NCBI GenBank assembly: GCA_034717975.1
Contig: JAYEMF010000015.1
Location: 1 to 22,301, forward strand
Reading direction: 5' to 3'
Length of the DNA: 22,301 nucleotides
Source of the DNA: Campylobacterota bacterium
Lineage (GTDB): Bacteria > Campylobacterota > Campylobacteria > Campylobacterales > Sulfurimonadaceae
Shown here: positions 9,493 through 16,275 of the stretch, one piece after another
How positions within the stretch are numbered: the stretch's first letter is position 1
Layout of the letters: each line of letters starts with the position of its first letter
Notes under the pieces: generated by a model
Database searches by the model: none
The model's input: only the letters and a program-made list of their open reading frames with translations
What the model was told of the DNA's origin: nothing
Translations under genes and position numbers: made by a program

Positions 9493-9498
9493 ATAGTA
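9493..9498 (-). promoter_or_regulatory. Putative -10 box (TACTAT) for gdhA
   Basis: TACTAT 29 nt upstream of the ATG, with an AAGGA RBS between them. Confidence 0.4.
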
Positions 9499-9568
9499 CC
9501 TTAGAAAATTCTACACTATTCTTTATAAACCCATACTATTTACACTCTCATCCAAGAGCTGAATTCAT

Positions 9569-10327
9569 CTAGACCATACGCTCCTGCCCCATACGGTAGA
9601 GCGCAAAATCATACTTCACCGGATCATCCGGATCAAACAGTTTCAGAGTTTCCGTTAGCTCACAGGAGGCTTCCAGATCATATGTTTTACGCTTCAAAAG
9701 ACCCAGCTTTTTAGATACATTGAAAGTGTGGGTATCGAGTGGGATAATCAGATCCGACGACGAGACATCACTCCACAATCCCATGTCGATCTCATCACTT
9801 CTGACCATCCAACGCAGAAACATCATCCACCTTTTCATCGTGGAGGAACCTTTGGGCTTTTCAACGGCTGAACCTATCAGAAAACGGTACCCCCTGCTTT
9901 CATATTGATTAATATTATAAAGTTCATGGAGAATGGAGTTTACACCAGTAATCACGTTATTCTGGGAGTTATAGCCATTTTTAAAGAGTGATTGCAAGGA
10001 GTGGTTTTCTTTAAGCCGTCGCAATGAAATAAAAAACTGGATGACATCTTCACTTGACTGAAAACGGTAGTAGTGCTGTGATAAAGAGGTGCGTATCTGT
10101 GCTTCATTCTGCTCAAGCAAACGCATATCGAGGGTATCTAAAAAACGGACAATAGAATCAGCTCTGCCATACCCGAACAGAGCACAGATCAAGGCACTCC
10201 ACTCATTCCGATAACGGTGGGCCACCAAAATCGGATCAGGCTTATCGTAACTTATCTCGTCAGCATGATTTCGCTCTGCCATTTCTAGATCGAGTCGCTC
10301 TTTAATGCGTAAAAGTTCTCTGTTCAT
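9569..10327 (-). CDS. TIGR02757 / DUF2400 family protein (HhH-GPD-like)
   Basis: DP, FGYG, KRWMMFLRWMVR.D.ID.GLW, IPLDTH and DPDDPVKYDFAL motifs. Confidence 0.9.
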   Translation of the reverse strand: MNRELLRIKERLDLEMAERNHADEISYDKPDPILVAHRYRNEWSALICALFGYGRADSIVRFLDTLDMRLLEQNEAQIRTSLSQHYYRFQSSEDVIQFFISLRRLKENHSLQSLFKNGYNSQNNVITGVNSILHELYNINQYESRGYRFLIGSAVEKPKGSSTMKRWMMFLRWMVRSDEIDMGLWSDVSSSDLIIPLDTHTFNVSKKLGLLKRKTYDLEASCELTETLKLFDPDDPVKYDFALYRMGQERMV

Positions 10328-11595
10328 CCCACATCAAGCTGGTAGAGTTTTTTTCGTTCGCTTGATCCGGCAATATTGAGCTGTTTGCGGTACTTTGCGA
10401 TCGTTCGGCGTACCATCTTCACTTTGAACTTCTCCTGGATCATCTCCAGCAGCTTCATATCACTCAGCGGTTTGTTGCGCGGCTCCTCTCTCACTTTTTG
10501 AACAAGGAACTCCTTGATCGCGGCATTGGAGACATCTTCATCGATCGCTGTGGTAAAGAAATCTTTCATCGCATAAGTACCGCGATCACAGGCAATATAC
10601 TTGTTGGCGATGGCACGCGATATCGTTGAAGGGTTATGCCCGAACTCATCAGCAAGCGTTTTGAGTGTAAGCGGCATGATCTGACCGCCGGTAAAGAAGT
10701 CATACTGGTACTCTACGATCATCAATCCCACTTTGTAGATGGTGGCCTTACGCATATCCAGCGCATCGACAAGACTTTTGGCCTCTTTGATCTTCTGAGT
10801 GATGAAACTGTGTTCAACAGCATAGTCACTGTCGATATGCAAGGTCGGATAGTAGGCATCGTTTAGCTTTACCTCAATCCCGTCCTCTTCATTGAAAAAA
10901 ATCATCAGGTCCGGGATCACTTCAGGAGAATCTTCCAGAAACTCAATGGCCGGGGGATTTTTAAAACTGCTGATCGTTTTCATCGCTTCGGCAAATCCAT
11001 CTCTTCCCGAATAAGTGTGTAACGCCGAGAGATCGTTAATCATCTCTACGGCCAGTCCGTAGGCTTCATCACTGATCTCGGATGCCTCCAGCTGAAAGAG
11101 AAAGGACTCCGCAAGGTCTTTGGCCGCGATACCGACCGGATCGATGTGTGCAAATCGTCCACGCACCTTCTCAAACATACTCTCATCGATATCTTTCTGC
11201 TTGCAAAAAGCTGCCGTATCACCCTCGTAATAACCATTTTCATCCAGGTTTTCCACAATAAACTGCGCGACCTCCTGAGATACCGGTGTAGGAAAAAGCG
11301 GTGCACCCATCTGTTCATCGAGCACCTCATAAAGCGATCTGCGCTGAATCGTCAGTGCTTCGATCTGTTCGGTGCGTGAGTTGCTTACCTGCCCGCTGAT
11401 GATCTTTTTGGGGATCTTCTTCTCAAACTCCTCCTCAAAACCGGACTCCACCTCGACAACGGGATTACCATCGACAAACGGTGACATCGCTTCGCCAAGA
11501 TCGGAGAGGCTTGAGTGCAGGATCGGCAGCCAGTTACGAAGGGTGTTGGAGAGTTTGTTTTTGGCCTCTACGGACTGTTTTTGTCTTAAAGCCAT
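10324..11595 (-). CDS. rpoN: RNA polymerase sigma-54 factor
   Basis: NPVVE, STISRAIANKY helix-turn-helix, PLSD and the RpoN box RRTIAKYR. Confidence 0.97.
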   Translation of the reverse strand: MALRQKQSVEAKNKLSNTLRNWLPILHSSLSDLGEAMSPFVDGNPVVEVESGFEEEFEKKIPKKIISGQVSNSRTEQIEALTIQRRSLYEVLDEQMGAPLFPTPVSQEVAQFIVENLDENGYYEGDTAAFCKQKDIDESMFEKVRGRFAHIDPVGIAAKDLAESFLFQLEASEISDEAYGLAVEMINDLSALHTYSGRDGFAEAMKTISSFKNPPAIEFLEDSPEVIPDLMIFFNEEDGIEVKLNDAYYPTLHIDSDYAVEHSFITQKIKEAKSLVDALDMRKATIYKVGLMIVEYQYDFFTGGQIMPLTLKTLADEFGHNPSTISRAIANKYIACDRGTYAMKDFFTTAIDEDVSNAAIKEFLVQKVREEPRNKPLSDMKLLEMIQEKFKVKMVRRTIAKYRKQLNIAGSSERKKLYQLDVG

Positions 11596-11653
11596 GATCT
11601 CCCTTTGGGAGAGGAAAGAGGAGTGCTAAAGCAACATGATCTCCCTTTGGGAG
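11593..11653. repeat. 19-bp direct repeat CATGATCTCCCTTTGGGAG (11593-11611 and 11635-11653) containing the rpoN start codon and RBS
   Basis: Two identical copies 42 bp apart. Each contains the palindrome CTCCC-TTT-GGGAG. Confidence 0.9.
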
Positions 11654-11784
11654 GGGAAAGGGGAAAGGGGAAAGGGGAAAGAGACAGTAGTAATGAATTG
11701 TTTGTTACTGAGTTACTGCTTAGTCTCATCATTCTTCTCCTCTTTCCACTTCCCTCTTCCCTCTTTCCCTGACGCAAAGCGTCA
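11653..11784. repeat. Heptamer purine/pyrimidine inverted-repeat element between lptB and rpoN
   Basis: (GGGGAAA)4 at 11653-11680 and degenerate complementary pyrimidine heptamers at ~11732-11769. Inner stem GAGAC/GTCTC and terminal hairpin TGACGC-AAA-GCGTCA (11770-11784). Confidence 0.8.
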
Positions 11785-12504
11785 AAACTTAAAATCTTCT
11801 CCAAGATAGTGAGTACGGACATCTTCACTGGTCTGGATCTCTTCAGCACTGCCAGACGCCAGAAGTGAACCACTCTTGATAACATAGGCACGGTCGCACA
11901 CCTGCAGGGTTTCACGAACATTATGGTCCGTGATCAGAACGCCGATACCGTACGCCACCAGCTGCCCAATGACTTGCTGGATATCTTTGACAGCCAGCGG
12001 ATCTACCCCGGCAAAAGGTTCATCAAGCAGCAGAAACTGCGGTGCATTGACCAGGGCTCTGGCGATCTCCGCCCGGCGGCGTTCACCCCCGCTCAGGCTG
12101 ATCCCTTTCCGGTAGCGGATCGGTTCGATGTTGAACATATCGAGCAGATCGTCAATGCGCTCCTCTTGCTCCTGCTTCGTTTTCTTCCCGGCCTGTGCAG
12201 CCACCATCAGGTTCTCTTCGACCGTGAGGTCTTTAAAGATAGAGGCTTCCTGCGGCAGGTAGCCAATCCCTTTTATGGCACGCTGGTGCAGGGGCATAGC
12301 AGAGATATCTTCTCCATCAATAAAGACCTTGCCGTCCGTCGCTTCGATCAAGCCGCAGATCATATAGAAGGTTGTCGTTTTACCTGCTCCGTTTGGTCCA
12401 AGCAGACCAACGACTTCACCGGTATTGACCTCCAGTGTCATGCCTCGGACTATCTCTGTTCCCTTGATCGTCTTGACCAGGTTTTCTGCACGTAGATTAT
12501 GCAT
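11782..12504 (-). CDS. lptB: LPS export ABC transporter ATP-binding protein
   Basis: [42 protein letters not shown] and [10 protein letters not shown] motifs. Lies upstream of rpoN. Confidence 0.97.
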   Translation of the reverse strand: MHNLRAENLVKTIKGTEIVRGMTLEVNTGEVVGLLGPNGAGKTTTFYMICGLIEATDGKVFIDGEDISAMPLHQRAIKGIGYLPQEASIFKDLTVEENLMVAAQAGKKTKQEQEERIDDLLDMFNIEPIRYRKGISLSGGERRRAEIARALVNAPQFLLLDEPFAGVDPLAVKDIQQVIGQLVAYGIGVLITDHNVRETLQVCDRAYVIKSGSLLASGSAEEIQTSEDVRTHYLGEDFKF

Positions 12505-12913
12505 CGCTTACCTCATATTTGCGTTTAGCTTTTTCCTCTTTTGTTATACGGATCACCATCATTGGCATCTGCGCACTTTTTAACAGTGAGATCAGCGCCT
12601 CATCACCCCACTCTATGAGATGATAGCCCTCTTTCTCAAGCTCTTCCATCATTCCAAGCGATAAAAAATGTTCAAACCCATGGTTATAGATATCGTAGTG
12701 GAAGAGCTTCTCACCATAGCACTGCTGCAGCGAAAAAGTCGGAGAGGTCACCGCTTCATCTATCCCGAAGGCTTTAGCTACCGCTTTGACCAGTGTCGTT
12801 TTCCCGCTGGCAAGATCACCCTGCAAGATCACGACCCCGCCATCAGGAAGGGCTGTCCGGATCTCATCGGCCAGTTGTGACAGTTCACCTTCACTTAAAA
12901 CGTAGGATTTCAC
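12497..12913 (-). CDS. tsaE: tRNA threonylcarbamoyladenosine biosynthesis ATPase
   Basis: [20 protein letters not shown] and IEW motifs. GTG start overlapping the trpD stop. Confidence 0.94.
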   Translation of the reverse strand: MKSYVLSEGELSQLADEIRTALPDGGVVILQGDLASGKTTLVKAVAKAFGIDEAVTSPTFSLQQCYGEKLFHYDIYNHGFEHFLSLGMMEELEKEGYHLIEWGDEALISLLKSAQMPMMVIRITKEEKAKRKYEVSDA

Positions 12914-13896
12914 AGTTTTGATGATACCGCTATGATCTGTTCGAGTTTTTTAGCTGCCTTACCGCTGGCAATGGCATCACGCGCTATCTCAAGGCCCTCT
13001 TGCATATCTCTGGCCATCCCGTCCGCCAACAGTGCCGCTGCGGCATTGACAAGCACAATGTCACGCTGCGCATTTTCAGCTTTTCCGGCAAGAACATTTT
13101 TCAGGATCGAAGCGTTTAATTCTGCATCACCACCTAAAATGGCTTCAAATGGTGCCTTTTTCAGTCCATACTCCTGCGGATCGATCACGTACTCGCTGAT
13201 CTGCCCATCTTTAAGGCGTGCGGCATAGGTGATCCCGCTGATACTGATCTCGTCCATCCCCTCTTCGGCACTGACTACGATAGCCGATGAGGCATCATTC
13301 ATCTTCAGCGCTTCGGCGATCTTGGGGACAAAAGCTTTGTCAAAGACACCCAGAAGAAATTTTTGAACACCCGCCGGATTGGTCAACGGTCCCAACACAT
13401 TGAACACCGTCTTCTCATCGATACTTTTTCGTACCGGCATGATGAACTTCATGGCCGGATGATGATTTTGGGCGAACATAAAGGCAAATCCTGTCTCTTG
13501 CAGCATTGTTGCCGTTGCCTCGAGCGAAAGATCCAACCGGATACCCAACGTCTCCAACACATCGGCACTGCCCGATTTGGAGGTGATGGATCGATTACCG
13601 TGCTTGGCGACATAGGCACCGCATGATGCCAGAAGAATAGAGGTCGTCGAAGAGATGTTGAAACTGCCGCTCTTATCCCCGCCTGTTCCTACGACGTCAA
13701 TAAGCTGAGGACGGATAGCATCATCGATCGGCAGAGTAATGGCATGGGAACGCATAACCGATGCCGCAGCGGCAATCGCCTCGACCGGTGTCGAAGCATC
13801 CAGTTTCATCGAGAGCAGGAACTCCCGCATCTGGGCATCGTCAAGTTCATGATTAAACAACTGCTCAAATGATTTTTTTGCTTCTTCGTAGGTCAT
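12910..13896 (-). CDS. trpD: Anthranilate phosphoribosyltransferase
   Basis: DVVGTGGD, FNIST, KHGNRSITSKSGSADVLE, FNVLGPLTNPA and GMDE motifs. Confidence 0.96.
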   Translation of the reverse strand: MTYEEAKKSFEQLFNHELDDAQMREFLLSMKLDASTPVEAIAAAASVMRSHAITLPIDDAIRPQLIDVVGTGGDKSGSFNISSTTSILLASCGAYVAKHGNRSITSKSGSADVLETLGIRLDLSLEATATMLQETGFAFMFAQNHHPAMKFIMPVRKSIDEKTVFNVLGPLTNPAGVQKFLLGVFDKAFVPKIAEALKMNDASSAIVVSAEEGMDEISISGITYAARLKDGQISEYVIDPQEYGLKKAPFEAILGGDAELNASILKNVLAGKAENAQRDIVLVNAAAALLADGMARDMQEGLEIARDAIASGKAAKKLEQIIAVSSKL

Positions 13897-14141
13897 GACA
13901 ACTCCTTTACGTATTCATCCTGTTTGCTTTTCGGGGTCGATTTTGTCACAGGGATCTGAAGCACTTCATACCGCTTCTCTCCTTTGAGGTAGGCGATGGT
14001 GACAACATCTCCGATCTCAACGTTTTTACTCGCTTTAACGACCTTGCCGTTAATGCTCACTACACCGCTGCTGATCATATCCTGAGCAACGGTTCTTCGT
14101 TTTGTGATGTTTACTGCATTTAAATATTTATCGATTCGCAT
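13893..14141 (-). CDS. S4-domain RNA-binding protein (YabO/RqcP/Hsp15-like)
   Basis: MRIDKYL...KRRTVA...G.V.ING...KAS..V..GD S4 pattern, 82 aa. Confidence 0.9.
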   Translation of the reverse strand: MRIDKYLNAVNITKRRTVAQDMISSGVVSINGKVVKASKNVEIGDVVTIAYLKGEKRYEVLQIPVTKSTPKSKQDEYVKELS

Positions 14142-14163
14142 TTTGACTCTGATTTTTTTGTTT

Positions 14164-14169
14164 ATTGTA
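14164..14169 (-). promoter_or_regulatory. Putative -10 box (TACAAT) of the S4-trpD-tsaE-lptB-rpoN operon
   Basis: TACAAT 22 nt upstream of the ATG at 14141, with T-rich upstream tracts. Confidence 0.6.
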
Positions 14170-14207
14170 GGGGAAAAAAGCTAAAAGAAATGTAAGAGAA
14201 GAGTTGT

Positions 14208-14224
14208 TTGGAACACTAATTGCT
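14208..14224 (+). promoter_or_regulatory. Sigma54 -24/-12 element TTGGAACACTAATTGCT
   Basis: GG (14210-11), N10, GC (14222-23). The TTGGAAC and TTGCT flanks match the Campylobacterota RpoN consensus. Confidence 0.6.
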
Positions 14225-14234
14225 ACAGACTGCG

Positions 14235-15623
14235 TTATTTTGGCGTATACTTATTGTACATTTCCAATATAGGCTCGAGGTTGTCAAAGAAAAGAGCGAC
14301 GATTTTTGGATCAAAAAACTTTCCATTCTCTGACTTGAGATATTCAAGGGTCTCCTCTACACTCCATGCCTCTTTATAGATACGCTTGTGAGAAAGAGCA
14401 TCAAATACATCTGCGATCGCTGTGATGCGGCCGTAGATATGAATTTCATCCCCTTTAAGACCACGCGGGTACCCTGTTCCATCCCACTTCTCATGATGTT
14501 CATGGGCGATGATCGCTGCCGTCCGGAGCATCTTGCGCTTGGAATTTTTAAAGAGCTGATATCCGATCGTACTGTGTTCCTTCATCTTCTCCATTTCATC
14601 ATCTGTCAATTTTCCTGGTTTTAACAGGATCGAATCTGCAATTCCGATCTTGCCCACATCATGCATCGGTGAGGCACTTCTCAAAAGTTCGACCTCATCC
14701 TCATCCATACCCCACGCTACAGCCAAAATCTTTGTATACTCCGATACACGCCGGACATGCTGTCCCGTCTCTTCTGATCTGATCTCACTGATCTCACCAA
14801 GGGTATAGAGCAGTTCACTTTGCGTATCGATGATCTCCTGCTTGATATTGATAATAGGCGTAATATCATTGCTTACAGCAATATATTCACTGATTTCCCC
14901 ATCAATCCCGATAATCGGCATAACGGTAGCATTGACGATAAACTTGCCCCCATCACGCTTCTGTTTCTCTAAACGACCTTGCCAGACATCACCTTTTTTG
15001 ATGACTTTTCGGATCTTGTCGAGTGTCTTTTCTTCCATATCTGGATGGAGCATCTTGGTAACCGGCTCTCCTATCATCTCTCTAAAGGTGTAGCCGCTTA
15101 TGATGCAGTATTCGTCATTGACATAGGTGATAGTCTCGTCCAAAGCCACTTTATAGACGATCGATGCAATATCGACGACCTTTCTATACTGCTGCAGCAG
15201 GTGCTCTTTTTGCTGAGCATCTTCTTCAAGCTGATGACGAATACGAAATAGTTCGACATGCGTCTTGACACGACTGATGAGTTCGAGCTGATTAAAGGGT
15301 TTGGTAACATAATCTTCTGCGCCAAGTTCAAAGGCTTTGACGATGCTCTCCTGATTGGCATTGGCAGTCAGGAAAATGATAGGGATATCTTTTGTTTCAG
15401 GATTGTCTTTGATAAACCTGGCCGTTTCAAAACCATCCATCTCCGGCATCATAATATCGAGTAAAATCAGATCATAAGAGCGTTTTTCAAGTTGAGAGAG
15501 GGCAGCTTTGCCACTTGTGGCAAAAAAGACATTGTAGTTGGTGACAGCTTTCAGAACATTGGCTGCCAGCTGGATGTTTTTCGGGTTGTCATCAACGATA
15601 AGAATATGAATCACATCATTCAT
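14235..15623 (-). CDS. Response regulator REC-PAS-HD-GYP, putative c-di-GMP phosphodiesterase
   Basis: REC (VDD, LLDIMMPEMDG, FLTA, KPF), PAS (ITYVNDEYC..SGY, WQG) and HD-GYP (ETGQHVRRV, HDVGK, HHEKWDGTGYP, ADVFDAL). Start set at ATG 15623 with RBS AGGGGTG. Confidence 0.92.
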   Translation of the reverse strand: MNDVIHILIVDDNPKNIQLAANVLKAVTNYNVFFATSGKAALSQLEKRSYDLILLDIMMPEMDGFETARFIKDNPETKDIPIIFLTANANQESIVKAFELGAEDYVTKPFNQLELISRVKTHVELFRIRHQLEEDAQQKEHLLQQYRKVVDIASIVYKVALDETITYVNDEYCIISGYTFREMIGEPVTKMLHPDMEEKTLDKIRKVIKKGDVWQGRLEKQKRDGGKFIVNATVMPIIGIDGEISEYIAVSNDITPIINIKQEIIDTQSELLYTLGEISEIRSEETGQHVRRVSEYTKILAVAWGMDEDEVELLRSASPMHDVGKIGIADSILLKPGKLTDDEMEKMKEHSTIGYQLFKNSKRKMLRTAAIIAHEHHEKWDGTGYPRGLKGDEIHIYGRITAIADVFDALSHKRIYKEAWSVEETLEYLKSENGKFFDPKIVALFFDNLEPILEMYNKYTPK

Positions 15624-15662
15624 GATATCACCCCTTTTTTTGATCCAGACAAGATGTGCTAA

Positions 15663-15687
15663 ACTATACATCATTCAAACTTAAAAT
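15663..15687. promoter_or_regulatory. Closely spaced divergent -10 boxes: TATAGT (minus, 15663-15668) and TAAAAT (plus, 15682-15687)
   Basis: Both boxes lie in the 82-bp divergent gap at plausible distances from the two start codons. Confidence 0.4.
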
Positions 15688-15705
15688 ATTTTATATTGGA
15701 GAGGC

Positions 15706-16275
15706 ATGAAAAAAGACCGGATGGGGCTTTTCCTGATCATATTCCTGATCACGATCTCACTCTTTCTTATCATTTTGCCAACGTTCTCTTCCAAGCATTC
15801 CGGACGTGTGGAGATGCATCGAGAGATAAACCTGCCGCTGCTTGATGCTCAGAAAGAGAAACTGCTGTTTGTCTTCTTCGGCTATACCGGCTGTGTCGAT
15901 ATCTGTACGCCGAGACTCACGCAGGTAGGTCATTGGTACAGGTCACTGAAAGATCCATTACAAGAAGAGAGCAAGTTCCTCTTCTTTGACCTCTCACGTC
16001 CGGCAGAGATCTCCATGCCAGATGAGTTTGCAAAGGCCTTCAACCCTGAATTTGAGGGTATCTATCTTGATGATGAGACACTCAATGACTACTCCCGTGC
16101 TTTTGACGTCTATTATGCACCGTCACTCTCCCGTGAGTATGAGTATGACCACACCCCTCACCTCTATATGCTGAAAAAAGGGAAACACGGTTATAATCTG
16201 CGTTATATATATTTCGCTTATCCCTATGATTTACAACAGATCGAGACCGATATAAAGGAGCTGCTCCGTGAATGA
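15706..16275 (+). CDS. SCO/SenC family copper-binding protein
   Basis: N-terminal TM anchor, [11 protein letters not shown] (CxxxC), [11 protein letters not shown] and a conserved His in YDHT. GGAG RBS. Confidence 0.9.
   Translation: MKKDRMGLFLIIFLITISLFLIILPTFSSKHSGRVEMHREINLPLLDAQKEKLLFVFFGYTGCVDICTPRLTQVGHWYRSLKDPLQEESKFLFFDLSRPAEISMPDEFAKAFNPEFEGIYLDDETLNDYSRAFDVYYAPSLSREYEYDHTPHLYMLKKGKHGYNLRYIYFAYPYDLQQIETDIKELLRE

Noticed and set aside
8108..10327. Apparently lower GC in gdhA and TIGR02757 as a sign of a horizontally acquired island
   Set aside because: The difference was judged by eye only. There is no integrase, tRNA or flanking repeat, and TIGR02757 overlaps the rpoN stop.
11593..11653. 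Direct repeats as a mini CRISPR array
   Set aside because: There are only two 19-bp copies with a 23-bp gap, they overlap a start codon, and there are no cas genes.
11586..11921. 111-aa minus-strand ORF across the lptB-rpoN spacer
   Set aside because: It overlaps lptB out of frame, and its low-complexity sequence is just the translated heptamer repeats.
12910..13896. trpD outside a trp operon
   Set aside because: Dispersed trp genes in mixed operons are common in Campylobacterota, and the gene is intact and coupled to its neighbours.
14388..14624. 78-aa plus-strand ORF as the target of the sigma54 promoter
   Set aside because: It lies wholly antisense within the HD-GYP domain, with no RBS or protein-like features.
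15624..15674. N-terminal extension of the HD-GYP regulator
   Set aside because: It covers the RBS and promoter region. The REC domain begins right after ATG 15623.
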